From IMG/VR virus record IMGVR_UViG_2786546892_000007: a stretch of 64,000 nucleotides of DNA. The stretch is one strand, 5' to 3'. This stretch comes from a virus (lineage: Duplodnaviria; Caudoviricetes). Position numbers and translations under genes: made by a program. Shown one piece after another: positions 12,418 through 22,873 of the stretch. Position 1 is the first letter of the stretch, and each line of letters begins with the position of its first letter. The notes under the pieces are model-generated. The model was not told the DNA's origin, did not search any database, and worked only from the letters and a program-made list of their open reading frames with translations.

Positions 12418-13518
12418 ATGGAAACCATTACTCACTCCGCGTTGGATGGCCACAGCGTCCGACCCCTCGTGTTCAAGAACGTCGAGGACTACGACGACCT
12501 GCACCGCATCGGCCTCGGCGGGTTCGACGAGATCATGTCCGGCGGCCTGGCCGACCGGTTCGCGGCGGACTCGATCCAGACCGGCGTGACGACCGCGTCG
12601 ATCCCCGTCCAACTCCAGTTCCTCCAGCAGTTCCTGCCCGGCTTCGTGTACGTCATGACCGCCGCCCGCAAGATCGACGAGCTGATCGGCATCAACACCG
12701 CCGGCAACTGGGAGGACGAAGAGGTCGTCCAGGGCGTCATCGAAAACACCGGGACCGCGGTGCCGTACGGCGACGAGACCAACGTCCCGCTGGCCAGCTG
12801 GAACGAGAACTGGGTGCCCCGCACGGTGGTCCGGTTCGAGCTCGGCATGCGGGTCGATTACCTCGAAGCCAAGCGTTCCGCGCGGATCATGGTGGACACC
12901 GCCGGCCGCAAGCGCGAGTCGTGCGGCCTGATCCTGGAGCAGCAGCGGAACATGGTGGGTTTCTACGGGTACAACTCCGGGAACAACTACACCTACGGGT
13001 TCCTGAACGACCCGAACCTGCCCGCGTACAAGACCGTGGCCGCGTCCGGGACGGGCAGTTCGACCCTGTGGTCGACCAAGAACTTCCAGGAGATCACCGC
13101 CGACCTGATCACCGCCTTCGCCCAACTCCAGACCCAGTCCCAGGACACGATCAACCCGGAAGACGTGCCGACGACCCTGGCACTGGCGACGGCGGACTAC
13201 CAGTACCTGTCCGTGACCACCGACTTCGGTCTGTCGGTCCGCGAGTGGCTCCGCCAGACGTACCCGAAGTGCCGGGTCGTGTCGGCCCCGCAACTGAACG
13301 GCGCGAACGGCGGTGCGAACGTGTTCTACATCTACGCCGACGCGGTGAGGGACCTGTCCTCGGACGACGGCAAGACGTTCGCCCAGCTCGTCCCGGCCAA
13401 GTTCCAGGTGCTCGGCGTGCAGCAGCTCACGAAAGGCTACGAGGAGGACTACTCGAACGCCACCGCCGGCGTGATGGTGAAACGTCCGTGGGCCTGCGTT
13501 CGGTATAGCGGCATTTAA
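12418..13518 (+). CDS. Major capsid protein (DUF2184-like)
   Basis: AAGGAG RBS; GFYGYN..TYGFLNDPNLPA, EDYSNATAGVMVKRP. Confidence 0.9.
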   Translation: METITHSALDGHSVRPLVFKNVEDYDDLHRIGLGGFDEIMSGGLADRFAADSIQTGVTTASIPVQLQFLQQFLPGFVYVMTAARKIDELIGINTAGNWEDEEVVQGVIENTGTAVPYGDETNVPLASWNENWVPRTVVRFELGMRVDYLEAKRSARIMVDTAGRKRESCGLILEQQRNMVGFYGYNSGNNYTYGFLNDPNLPAYKTVAASGTGSSTLWSTKNFQEITADLITAFAQLQTQSQDTINPEDVPTTLALATADYQYLSVTTDFGLSVREWLRQTYPKCRVVSAPQLNGANGGANVFYIYADAVRDLSSDDGKTFAQLVPAKFQVLGVQQLTKGYEEDYSNATAGVMVKRPWACVRYSGI

Positions 13519-13542
13519 TTCTCACAAACCGAAGGATCGCGT

Positions 13543-13938
13543 ATGCATCACATCTATTCAACGATGGCCAACAACAACGAGTACGTCCGCTACAGCCAGC
13601 ACGGCCCCAACGGGGTCAACGTGGCCGAGCGGTCGGTGCTGATCAAGGGCGGGGCGGGGGTGAATAAAAAGCACCTCCAGACCCCGCTCGGCGTCCACAC
13701 CGCCGTGGAAGACGCGGACATGGAGTGGCTGAAGGACGACTTCGCTTTCAAGCAGCACATGGCGAACGGGTACATCGTCGTGCAGAAGCATAAGACCGAT
13801 CCCGAAGTGGCGGCCGCGGACATGGTGACTCATGACCGCAAGACCGACGCCTGCCCGATCGTCCCCCAGGATTTCAAGGACGATGCCAAGAAAGAGACTC
13901 TGAAGCCCGTGGTGAACAAGAAGGCTAAAGCGGCGTAA
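13543..13938 (+). CDS. Hypothetical virion-associated protein
   Basis: Post-capsid position; SVLIKGGAG, FKQHMANGYI. Confidence 0.7.
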   Translation: MHHIYSTMANNNEYVRYSQHGPNGVNVAERSVLIKGGAGVNKKHLQTPLGVHTAVEDADMEWLKDDFAFKQHMANGYIVVQKHKTDPEVAAADMVTHDRKTDACPIVPQDFKDDAKKETLKPVVNKKAKAA

Positions 13939-13949
13939 CGGAGGATCGG

Positions 13950-14395
13950 GTGGGCTGCATCAACTACAACGATCCGGCCTTCCGGGCTCTCTTCTCCCTT
14001 ATGCCAACACGGTCCTCTACCCGGCCACGATGGTTCAGGCGTTCTGGGACACGGCGACCGCGTATGTCAGTAACCGCAAAGGCGGGTGCTACACGGGCGG
14101 CATGACCGCGGCCCAGCAGACGCTGGCTCTCAACCAGATGACGGCGCATCTCCTCTACCTGTCGGGGTTGATCCAGGCGGGCAACACGCCGGGGGTGATG
14201 ACGGGCGCCACGATCGACAAAATCAGCGTCACCCTGGAACCACCGCCGGCCCCGAACGCGTGGCAGTATTGGCTGCAATCGAGCCCTTACGGTCAGCAAC
14301 TGCTCGCGCTGTTACAGGTGGCTTCGGCGGGCGGCTTCTACGTCACGACAAGCGTTCCGGGGCAAGCCGGATTCCGGTTCGGGAACGGCTGGTAA
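13950..14395 (+). pseudogene. DUF4054-like head-tail adaptor, -1 frameshift at ~13996-13998
   Basis: GTG start with GGAGG; DPAFRALF continues as YANTVLYPATMV...WLQSSPYGQQLLALL only if one C is added to the C3 run. Confidence 0.75.
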
Positions 14396-14943
14396 TGGAA
14401 GTCAAGCGCGGCAACCCCAAGGCGTTCGAGACGCTGGCCGCGAAACTGAAAGAACTCTCGGGAATCGAAACGAAAGTCGGATGGTTCCCCTCAGCAACCT
14501 ACGAGGACGGAACGCCTGTCGCCCTTGTGGCATCCGTTCAGGAATTCGGTCACGGTCCGATCCCACCCCGCCCGTTCTTCCGGCCGACGATCGCTGCGGA
14601 AGAAAACAACTGGAAACAGTACGCCGCTCAAGGGGCAAAAGCCGTCCTGAAGGGTTCACTCACAGCGTTCGCAGTGATGGACGGACTCGGAGAACGAGCC
14701 CAGGAAGACGTAAAAGAAACGATCAACCAGATCACATCCCCGCCGCTCTCACCCATCACCTTGGAACTCCGCGCGATGAAGTACAAGAACCCGGCTCTGA
14801 AAATCACCGGCGCGACCGTCGGCGAAGCCGCCGCGCGTGTTCGCCAACCCGGCTACCAATTGGCAAGCGGAACACCAGACAAACCGTTAATCGACTCAAA
14901 GCTCATGATTACAACCCTGACGCATACGACCGAAACGAAATGA
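14395..14943 (+). CDS. Neck/tail completion protein
   Basis: KVGWF..ATYEDGTPVA, IPPRPFFRPT, KPLIDS; TAATG overlap. Confidence 0.8.
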   Translation: MEVKRGNPKAFETLAAKLKELSGIETKVGWFPSATYEDGTPVALVASVQEFGHGPIPPRPFFRPTIAAEENNWKQYAAQGAKAVLKGSLTAFAVMDGLGERAQEDVKETINQITSPPLSPITLELRAMKYKNPALKITGATVGEAAARVRQPGYQLASGTPDKPLIDSKLMITTLTHTTETK

Positions 14944-15317
14944 TTCCCGGCGCGAATATCTTGGGGATGGCCTTCCGCGTCCTCGGGAAGCAGTGTTTTC
15001 AGTATTACGCCTACCAGTCCCGCACCCCAAACGACGTCGGGCAATACGTCACCACGTATGCCCCGCCGGTCACGTTTTACGGGAGCGTCCAACCGGTCCC
15101 CCGCGACCTCTACGAGCGGTACGGCCTGGAGTTCCAGCGGAGCTACGTGAACGTCTACCTTCAGCGAAACGTCATCGACGTGGCTCGGGATGTGTCGGGT
15201 GATCAGATCGTGTTCAACGGCGCGACCTACCAGTGCGTCTCAAAAACCGCGTGGGACGCCATCGACGGCTGGGACGCCGTTCTCTGCGTTCTGATTACGG
15301 AGCCGGCGGCGTGCTGA
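14940..15317 (+). CDS. Head closure protein
   Basis: GSVQPV, GDQIVFNG; ATGA overlap. Confidence 0.72.
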   Translation: MIPGANILGMAFRVLGKQCFQYYAYQSRTPNDVGQYVTTYAPPVTFYGSVQPVPRDLYERYGLEFQRSYVNVYLQRNVIDVARDVSGDQIVFNGATYQCVSKTAWDAIDGWDAVLCVLITEPAAC

Positions 15318-15603
15318 GGGACTTCTCCGCCTCGCGAAGGTAGAAGTCGTCTTTCGCTTGCCTCACCCGGTTGCGGTATGCCATGTCATTTTTGCTCGGA
15401 GCGAGCGAGAGAAGAGCGGCAGCGATCCATCCGATGAGTGTCCACCCGGCCAGAAGATTGACCCAAAAACAGAGGGGCAGAGCGGCGCTCTTATTCCACG
15501 CGGCCAACAGAGTCGGCAGGAAATAGAAGGTCAGAATCAGCCACAGCTTCGGATCGCTCGCGAGCAAAGTGAGATCAGTGGTTAAAGAAGTGTCGGCATC
15601 CAT
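15295..15603 (-). CDS. Superinfection immunity protein (T4 Imm family)
   Basis: YFLPTLLA...VNLLAGWTLIGWIAA signature. Confidence 0.85.
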   Translation of the reverse strand: MDADTSLTTDLTLLASDPKLWLILTFYFLPTLLAAWNKSAALPLCFWVNLLAGWTLIGWIAAALLSLAPSKNDMAYRNRVRQAKDDFYLREAEKSLSTPPAP

Positions 15604-15630
15604 AAGTCCTCCATCCGTTAAAGCCCGTTA

Positions 15631-15658
15631 AGCATAACAAATTGGGTAAGAATGTCAA
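15631..15658 (-). promoter_or_regulatory. Sigma70 promoter of imm moron
   Basis: TTGACA-N16-TATGCT with TG extended -10, then GGAGG RBS. Confidence 0.65.
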
Positions 15659-16198
15659 ATGTTAGATAACCAACTGATATCCCTGGTTATCAGCACCATC
15701 ATCGCCCAGGAAGCGGCTGCCGGGATTCCCGGAACCCCCCTCGCGCAGGCCTTCCAGCCGACGCAGCAAGGGGTGAACACCGTGCCGACCGTCTACCTCT
15801 ACAAGGTCGGCGACAAGCGGTACGGGTTCCGCGGCGTGACCGACATCTGGAACGTCCAAACCAGTCAGATGGTCCACACGGAAACGCAGCAGTACGAAAC
15901 CACCCTCCAGTTCAGCGCCCTGGCCACCCAAAACCCAGCGACGCCGTCCCAGTACACCGCGTCCGACATCCTGAATCTGGTCGCTTACATCGTGCAGAGC
16001 AGCGCGACTGTCGCGGCGTTGGAAGCTCAGGGAGTCGGGGTCGAGCGGGTGACGGACGTGCGGAACCCGTACTTTTCCGATGATCGCGACCGCTTCGAGG
16101 CGTCCCCGAACTTCGACGTCGTCCTCACGCACAAGCAGATCATCACCACTACCACGCCGATCCTGCAAACCACCGAGATTCAAATCGCGACCGTGTGA
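15659..16198 (+). CDS. Tail terminator/neck protein
   Basis: Before sheath; QPTQQG, VRNPYFSDDRDRFEASPNFD. Confidence 0.75.
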   Translation: MLDNQLISLVISTIIAQEAAAGIPGTPLAQAFQPTQQGVNTVPTVYLYKVGDKRYGFRGVTDIWNVQTSQMVHTETQQYETTLQFSALATQNPATPSQYTASDILNLVAYIVQSSATVAALEAQGVGVERVTDVRNPYFSDDRDRFEASPNFDVVLTHKQIITTTTPILQTTEIQIATV

Positions 16199-16234
16199 TC
16201 ACGGACCAGCACCCGAAAAACACAGGAGAATCAA

Positions 16235-17761
16235 ATGCCTATCCCAATTTCAAACTACGTCGCGATCACGTCCGGCATCGGCGCGGCCTCGAACGTCTCC
16301 ACCCGCAACCTCGGGGCTCTCATCATCACGGGCAACGCGCTCGTCCCGACCGGTGTGGTCAAGAACTTCACCTCGGCAGCAGACGTCGGCACGTACTTCG
16401 GCACCGGGTCGGAAGAATACGCCCGCGCCGAGTTTTATTTCGGGTGGGTGAGCAAGGACACTACCGTCCCCCAACAGATCAGCTTCTGGTTCTGGAACGA
16501 CGACGCAGCGACCGCCGACCTCATCTACGGCGCCAGCGCGACCTACGCACTCGCCACCTTCACCGCCATCACGTCCGGCGAACTCGACCTGACGATGGGC
16601 GGGTTCACCCACACGATCACGGGCATCAACCTCGGCTCGGCCGGCAGCCTCGCGGCGGTCGCGGCGGACATCCAGACGGCCATCCAGGCGTACAGCGCGG
16701 GTGGGGCCGCGTGGACGGGCGCGACCGTCGCCTATGATTCGACCAACAGCCGCTTCACGCTCATCGGCGGGGCGACCGGGGCGGACACGATCGCCGTGAC
16801 GACGGCCGTGAGCAACGACCTCGCCGGACCTTTAGGCTGGTTGACGGGAGCAATCCTCTCCAACGGAACGGCGGCGCAGTCGATCGCCACCAACCTCAAC
16901 GAATTGATCAGCGTCAGTAACAACTTCGGCTCGTTTACTACCACCTTCGCGCTGGCCCTGACGCTCTCCAACACCACGGCCGCCGCGACCTGGAACAACA
17001 GCCTCACCCCGAACATCCAGTTCATCTACTCGGTCAACGTCACCCCGGCGAACGCCTCGACGTGGAACGCGGCCCTGGCCAACATCGGTGGAGTTTCCCT
17101 CACCCTGCAATCCCCCGCTCCCGTTGCCACCGCGGAATACCCCGAGATGGCCCCGATGATGATCCTGGCCGCGACCGACTACACCCAGCGCAACAGCGTG
17201 CAGAACTATATGTTCCAGCAATTCGCCCTGACTCCCTCGGTCACGACCTCTGCATTCCAGCAAACCTACGACGCCCTCCTGATCAATTACTACGGGCAGA
17301 CCCAGACCGCCGGGCAGTTGCTTTCCTTCTACCAGCGCGGGGTCATGCTAGGACTCCCGGTCAACCCGTCCGACCAGAACGTGTACGCCGACGAGATCTG
17401 GTTCAAGGACGCCCTCGGCGCGGCCCTGATGAATCTGCTCTTGGCCCTCTCCCAGGTTCCGGCCAATGCCGCCGGGCAGGTGCAGATCCTTTCCACCTTG
17501 CAGAGCATCATCAACCAGGCCCTGTTCAACGGCACCATTTCCGTCGGCAAGACCCTCTCGGTCAATCAGCAGCTTTACATCGCCCAGGTGACCGGCAGTT
17601 CTACGGCCTGGAAGCAGGTCCAAAACATCGGTTACTGGGTGAACGTGGTCATCGAACCCTACGTCGTCGACGGGGTCACCGAATACAAGGCGGTCTACAC
17701 ATTAATATATTCCAAAGATGATGACATCAGACTGATTCAAGGCTCTGATATCTTGATTTAA
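16235..17761 (+). CDS. Tail sheath protein (DUF3383)
   Basis: FTSAADVGTYFGTGSEEY..A..YF, NYYGQTQ, YSKDDDIR.I.G. Confidence 0.9.
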   Translation: MPIPISNYVAITSGIGAASNVSTRNLGALIITGNALVPTGVVKNFTSAADVGTYFGTGSEEYARAEFYFGWVSKDTTVPQQISFWFWNDDAATADLIYGASATYALATFTAITSGELDLTMGGFTHTITGINLGSAGSLAAVAADIQTAIQAYSAGGAAWTGATVAYDSTNSRFTLIGGATGADTIAVTTAVSNDLAGPLGWLTGAILSNGTAAQSIATNLNELISVSNNFGSFTTTFALALTLSNTTAAATWNNSLTPNIQFIYSVNVTPANASTWNAALANIGGVSLTLQSPAPVATAEYPEMAPMMILAATDYTQRNSVQNYMFQQFALTPSVTTSAFQQTYDALLINYYGQTQTAGQLLSFYQRGVMLGLPVNPSDQNVYADEIWFKDALGAALMNLLLALSQVPANAAGQVQILSTLQSIINQALFNGTISVGKTLSVNQQLYIAQVTGSSTAWKQVQNIGYWVNVVIEPYVVDGVTEYKAVYTLIYSKDDDIRLIQGSDILI

Positions 17762-17774
17762 TCACCTCGGATCT

Positions 17775-18278
17775 ATGACCAGCAATTTAGTCACCTACGA
17801 AACTGCCTCAACTTTATTGAGTTATGAGCCTGAGACCGGACTCGTCCGTCGACGCAAAACGGGAAAGGTCGCTGGCACCCTGACGGACAATGGGTACATC
17901 CGCATCGTGATTCAGGGCAAAGAGCACAAGGCACATCGCCTTGCGTGGCTGTTAATGACTGGCAAATGGCCCATTCAGGTGGATCACATCAACGGTGCCC
18001 GCGCCGACAACCGGTGGATCAATTTGCGCGAGACCACCCAAGCCGAAAACACTCGGAATTGCAAACTCTACAAGTCTTCAAAGTCTGGCGTCCCGGGGGT
18101 TCATTGGAACAAGGCAAAAAAGAGGTGGCAGGTTTACATCAGTGATCGAGGCGCAATGCTTCATCTTGGATTTTTCGCGGAGTTTGATGCCGCAGTGGCG
18201 ACTCGTAAGCAGGCGGAGCGGGCTCTAAATTATCACGAAAATCACGGCAGATCAGACACAATAGGAGTATCAGCATGA
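17775..18278 (+). CDS. HNH homing endonuclease with AP2 domain
   Basis: LSYEPETG, AHRLAW, VDHINGARADNRWINLR, SGVPGVHW...HLGFF. Confidence 0.92.
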   Translation: MTSNLVTYETASTLLSYEPETGLVRRRKTGKVAGTLTDNGYIRIVIQGKEHKAHRLAWLLMTGKWPIQVDHINGARADNRWINLRETTQAENTRNCKLYKSSKSGVPGVHWNKAKKRWQVYISDRGAMLHLGFFAEFDAAVATRKQAERALNYHENHGRSDTIGVSA

Positions 18279-18724
18279 GTAACGACATCACTGGCTTTGG
18301 CTCGGCGATCAGCCTCGTCGCGTCCAGCACTTTTCCGGTCGGCATCGCGATCACCCAACTGGCCGACGATTCCGATCCGTTCGACATGTCGAGCGTGAAG
18401 ATCGCCGACACCGCGATGGGCGTGAACGGGGACCTCATCAAGTGGAGCCGGGCGATCGGTAAACCGGTCACCATCAGCGTCATCCCGGGGTCGCTCGACG
18501 ACATCAATCTGGCCACCCTCGCGGCCGCGAACAACGCCACTCAGGGGCAGGCGAATGCCCAGGACGTCATTACGATCACCATCCTTTACCCCGACGGGAG
18601 TGTCATTACGTTCTCGAACGGGTTCCTCACGGATGCCCCGTTCGGTAGTTCGCTGGCGAGCAGTGGTCGTTTAAAAACAAAGACTTATGGCTTCATGTTC
18701 CAAGCCATCACGGGCACGGTGTAG
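18275..18724 (+). CDS. Tail tube protein (DUF3277-like)
   Basis: ITQLADDSDP, AMGVNGDL, SSGRLKTKTYGF. Confidence 0.85.
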   Translation: MSNDITGFGSAISLVASSTFPVGIAITQLADDSDPFDMSSVKIADTAMGVNGDLIKWSRAIGKPVTISVIPGSLDDINLATLAAANNATQGQANAQDVITITILYPDGSVITFSNGFLTDAPFGSSLASSGRLKTKTYGFMFQAITGTV

Positions 18725-18725
18725 C

Positions 18726-19178
18726 ATGGACCTCCGCGATCCGAAAGCGATTACCCTGACCGACGGCGACGGCCGCGACCGGCCCTTCATCCTGTCCAAG
18801 ATGCCGGCGTTCGAGGGCCTAGAAATCATGGCTCGATACCCCACCAGCCTCGCTATGGCGGCCGTCCCCAAACTTAGCGACTGGCCCGTAGTGGAAGACC
18901 TTCAGCGCAAAATCCTGAAGTACGCGGCCGTCGAGATCAACGGCAAGCCTGTCCCCTTGACCACCCAGGCCCTGATCGACAACCACGTCGGCGACTGGGA
19001 GTGCCTGGCCAAGCTCCTCCTCGCGGAGGTGCAGTACAACAACAGTTTTTTTCGGAACGGGACGATCTCCGATTTCTTCGCCGACATCATGCGGACGTCC
19101 CTCGCGAAGATCCAAGAAATCTTGACCCCCTCCTCGCCGCCGTCATCGACGCCAAACTCGCCACCCTCCACGAACTGA
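18726..19178 (+). CDS. Tail assembly chaperone (gpG-like)
   Basis: Between tube and tape measure; T7 slippery run at 19046-19052. Confidence 0.75.
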   Translation: MDLRDPKAITLTDGDGRDRPFILSKMPAFEGLEIMARYPTSLAMAAVPKLSDWPVVEDLQRKILKYAAVEINGKPVPLTTQALIDNHVGDWECLAKLLLAEVQYNNSFFRNGTISDFFADIMRTSLAKIQEILTPSSPPSSTPNSPPSTN

Positions 19179-19285
19179 GAACGGTGTACACCATTGAGGA
19201 CGCGTGGCTCCTGTGGGAGGTCATCGCCGTTTCCGCGCATAACGAGTGGCTGGCGGCGGAACACACCCGGAAGGAACGGAAATGA
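19046..19285 (+). CDS. gpT-like -1 frame extension of tail chaperone
   Basis: LATLHELRTVYTIEDAWLLWEVI motif in -1 frame, no clear own start, ATGA overlap with tape measure. Confidence 0.65.
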   Translation, partial: FFSERDDLRFLRRHHADVPREDPRNLDPLLAAVIDAKLATLHELRTVYTIEDAWLLWEVIAVSAHNEWLAAEHTRKERK

Positions 19286-20942
19286 CCATTCTCGATACCT
19301 TCCTTCTCGTCTTTAAGACCGACATCCCGAAGGAAGCCGGTGCCGACATCGCCAAACTCGACAAGCAACTCGACGAGATGGGCAAGAAGGGGAAGAAGCG
19401 GACCGAGGACGAAAACAAGCAGTACGAAGTCCTCAAGAAGCAGCGCAAGGAACTCCTCGACGCCACCAAGCAGCAGCGGCAAGAGACCGACAAACTCGGG
19501 GATTCGTTCGCCGGGATGATCGAGAACGCCGTCGGGGCGGTCACCGCCTACGCCACGTTCGGGGCGCTGAAGACCGCCCTCATCGACGCCAACAAGCTAA
19601 ACTCGTCACTGACGATTCTGGGCAAGACGTTCAGTCAAAGTCCGCGGGACATCAAGGCGTTCGGGCAAGCCCTTCAACTCTCGGGCGGCGACGCCCAGTC
19701 CCTGTACAACTTCGTGGCGGCCGAGGGCACCGATCTGGCGGGCAAGCGGCTCCCGTTCGACCTCAAGCGGGCCATCGAGAACATCCACACCAACGTCCAG
19801 AACGATCCGTCCTTCCTGACCAAGCTCTTGCAAGTCCCGGGCGGCGCGGGCCTCGCGCCCCTGGTCGCGTTGCCGGATGGCGAGTTCCGCAAGAAGCTCG
19901 ACGAAGGGTTCGCCTTCGCCGGGTCGGACAAGGACTTCCAGGCCGCGCTTGCGAACGAGAAGTCGGCCTCCGAGAGAAACATCGCGTTCGGCAAGCTGGC
20001 GACCGAGGTCGACACGGACCTGGCGGGCGTCATCAAACGGTTGAATGCCGCCCTGACCCGGCTGGCGGAAACGTTTGAAGGGCACCCCGGTCGGACGGAA
20101 GCGGCGGGACTGTTGGGAGCGCTCGGCGGCTTGAAATTAGGGAAATGGCTATCTCGCGGCTTATTCGGGCGGTTGCTGGGGGCGGGGCGGTTCCCGCAGC
20201 GTCCGAGGGACTGGCAGGAGCGGGTGGTATCGGTCTCGCATTCCCCGCGCTGGTCGCGGCGAGTTTTTACGAAGCATTCTTCGGCGATCCGGAAGCGCTG
20301 GGGGCGAAAATCGCCAATTCGTTCAAAGGCGGCGGGTCGGCATCTCCCGCCCCCGTCATCGGGGGTTCGTCCCGGGATCAAGTTCTGTCCTTCTGGCAGT
20401 CCCAAGGGTATAGCCCCGGCGCCGCTGCGGGATGGGCGGCAAACGCCCAGGCCGAGAGCAGCTTCAACCCGTCCGCCAGCAACGGCACTCATTTCGGGAT
20501 TTACCAGTGGTCGGCGGCGCGGCGGGCGAAGATCAAGGACGCCCTCGGGATCGACGTGGCGACCGCCAGTCTTCAAGACCAACTACGGGCGGCCGCGTGG
20601 GAGGCAGGGAATATGGGCCTCGGGCCGAACGCCCTCCCCGACAATGCCGGGCAGTCTGCGGCGGCCATCAGCAACCGGTTCGAGGTTCCTTCGCTCACTG
20701 CCGGTGGCCTCGCTTCTGAAGCGGCGAAGCGGGCGGCGATCGCCAACAGCTACGGGGCGGTTCCCTCGATTTCCTCACTCGGAGCGTCCAGCCCGGGCCG
20801 GAACACCAATGTTAAAATCGACAACATCACCATTCAGACCCAGGCCAGCGACAGCGCCGGGATCGCCCGCGAGGTGGGCGTCGAGTTGAAGAACCAGATC
20901 CGCATGGCCATGAGCAATTTCGACGACGGAGTCACCGCCTAA
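19282..20942 (+). pseudogene. Tape measure protein with C-terminal tail lysozyme domain, -1 frameshift at G run 20178-20182
   Basis: N-terminal helical part and AAGWAANAQAESSFNP..FGIYQW domain are in different frames; one extra G fuses them (~553 aa). Confidence 0.8.
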
Positions 20943-21604
20943 TGACCCTCCTGTCCGACATCAACTTCGGCCTCGGGCTGCTCAGCTCGTTCGGGCAACA
21001 GGTCGACGTCGTCGGCATCTACGCCAACGGGGCGGACACGAACAACCCCACGGCGGCCGTCAGCAGCACGATCCTGAACTCCATCCTGGGCACCTCGAAC
21101 GCCCCCGCGTTCGGGCAACTGTTCGCGAACGCCCGGCCCATGAAGGCGACCGTCCGCGAGACCTCGAAGGTCATGGAACACCCGGTCGAGACCGGGTCCG
21201 TGATCGCCGACCACCACGTCATCAACCCCGTGGAAATCGACCTCCCGCTGATCGTCAACTCGCAATATTACGCCGCCACCTACAGCCAGATCCGCCAGGC
21301 GTTCGTGAACGCCACCGCCCTCTCGGTCAAGACCCGCGTCGGCATCTACTCCGATATGATCGTCGCCGACATGCCCCACGAGGAAGAGGCGGACATGTAC
21401 GACGTCATCACTATCAACCTGCGGCTCAAGCAGGTCCTGTACGTCGTCCCGGGCGGGGGCCAACTGGTCAACTTCCAGCCCGCCGACCCGCTGAACAGCA
21501 ATACGCTCGCGGGCGGCTTGCAACAGGCCGTCGCCCTGGGCACGCAAGCGTCGAACGCGGCCGGGGCCGTCCTGAGCTACGTCAAACTGGGTAAATTCTT
21601 GTGA
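20942..21604 (+). CDS. Baseplate/tail tube initiator protein
   Basis: EHPVETGSVIADH motif. Confidence 0.8.
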   Translation: MTLLSDINFGLGLLSSFGQQVDVVGIYANGADTNNPTAAVSSTILNSILGTSNAPAFGQLFANARPMKATVRETSKVMEHPVETGSVIADHHVINPVEIDLPLIVNSQYYAATYSQIRQAFVNATALSVKTRVGIYSDMIVADMPHEEEADMYDVITINLRLKQVLYVVPGGGQLVNFQPADPLNSNTLAGGLQQAVALGTQASNAAGAVLSYVKLGKFL

Positions 21605-21989
21605 TGAATGTTCCCCTCCAGGCCGTCCCGAACCAGACCCTGACGGTCATCCTCGACAACAACACGTGGGCCGTCACGCTGAAGACCGTCGAGGACACCA
21701 CCGTTGTCAGCCTGGTGCTGAACAACACCGACCTCCTCGATAGCGCCCGCGCCGTCGCCGGAGCGTTAATTATTCCCTCGCAGTACGAGGAGAGCGGCAA
21801 CTTCCTCTTCCTCTCGTCGAACAACCAGTTGCCCTACTACACCCAGTTCGGGGTGACCCAGTCGCTCGTCTACGTCAGCGCGGCGGAACTGGCCGTCTTC
21901 CGGATGCCCCCGCTCCGCCGATCACGGCCGCCGACTTCAACCCGATTGCCGCACTCCCCTTGCGCTTCGCACCCCAGGGATATATGTGA
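21601..21989 (+). pseudogene. Small baseplate protein, -1 frameshift at C run 21907-21911
   Basis: VPLQAVPNQ...FGVTQSLVY; adding one C gives a stop at 21987-21989 in a GTGA overlap with the next gene. Confidence 0.7.
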
Positions 21990-22873
21990 CCAGCGCGTTC
22001 GATTCGCGGCTCGTCGAGGTCGACATCGTCCTGCCGGGCCAGACCTACACGTTCTCCGCCGACTCCCAGGGCTTCGCGATCCTCGCCTCGGGCATCAAGT
22101 TCGGCAACGCCAACATGAACACCTGCGAGTGTCGAATTTACAACCTCACCGCCGAGCTGCGGAACACGATCTTGACCTTGGCCTCCCCACTCATCAACCC
22201 GCCCGCCAACAATCCTTCGGCGGGACCGCGAAAACCCGTGATCCTGAACCTCAAAGCGGGCCGCGAGTCGACCGGGACGTTCTTGCTTTACACCGGGAAC
22301 GTCATCTCCTGCGAGGTCACCCAACCACCGGACATCGGGATCACGCTTCGGTCCCTGACCAACAACTACAATACCGCCGTCATCCTGGGCTTCCAGCAGC
22401 CAGCCGTCACCCTCCTCTCGGAAATCGCCCAGCAGATCGCCATCCAGAACAAACTCTTCTTCGACTTCGAGGCGACCGACCGACAGATCGACAACTACAA
22501 CTTCACCGGCTCGCTTCAAACCAACCTCGCCAAGCTCAATCAGATGGGAGGAATTCAGGCCGGCGTCGACAACCAGACTCTCTGGGTCACCAACGCAGGA
22601 TCGGCTCGGAAGAACACCGGCTATCTCATCTCCGAGGGCACCGGCATGGTCGGTATCCCGCAGGTATCCGATCAAGGCGTCACCGTCCGGGTGATGCTCA
22701 CCAGCGCCATCCAGATCGGCGGGCAGGTCACGGTTCAGAGCATTACCAACCCCGCAGCTAACGGCACGTTCAAGGTGATGAAGATGGACTACGAGATTGC
22801 CAGCCGCGACCAGCCGTTCTGGTTCACCCTGCTCTGCTCCAACCTCGCCGTCTTCCAGGGCTCGGCCGGATGA
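21986..22873 (+). CDS. Baseplate hub protein
   Basis: CRIYNL, LKAG, GMVGIP, NGTFKV. Confidence 0.8.
   Translation: MTSAFDSRLVEVDIVLPGQTYTFSADSQGFAILASGIKFGNANMNTCECRIYNLTAELRNTILTLASPLINPPANNPSAGPRKPVILNLKAGRESTGTFLLYTGNVISCEVTQPPDIGITLRSLTNNYNTAVILGFQQPAVTLLSEIAQQIAIQNKLFFDFEATDRQIDNYNFTGSLQTNLAKLNQMGGIQAGVDNQTLWVTNAGSARKNTGYLISEGTGMVGIPQVSDQGVTVRVMLTSAIQIGGQVTVQSITNPAANGTFKVMKMDYEIASRDQPFWFTLLCSNLAVFQGSAG

Noticed and set aside
21912-22761. 386-aa ORF 21601-22761
   Set aside because: Run-on from the 21907 frameshift over the hub gene; low-complexity R/H/P shadow
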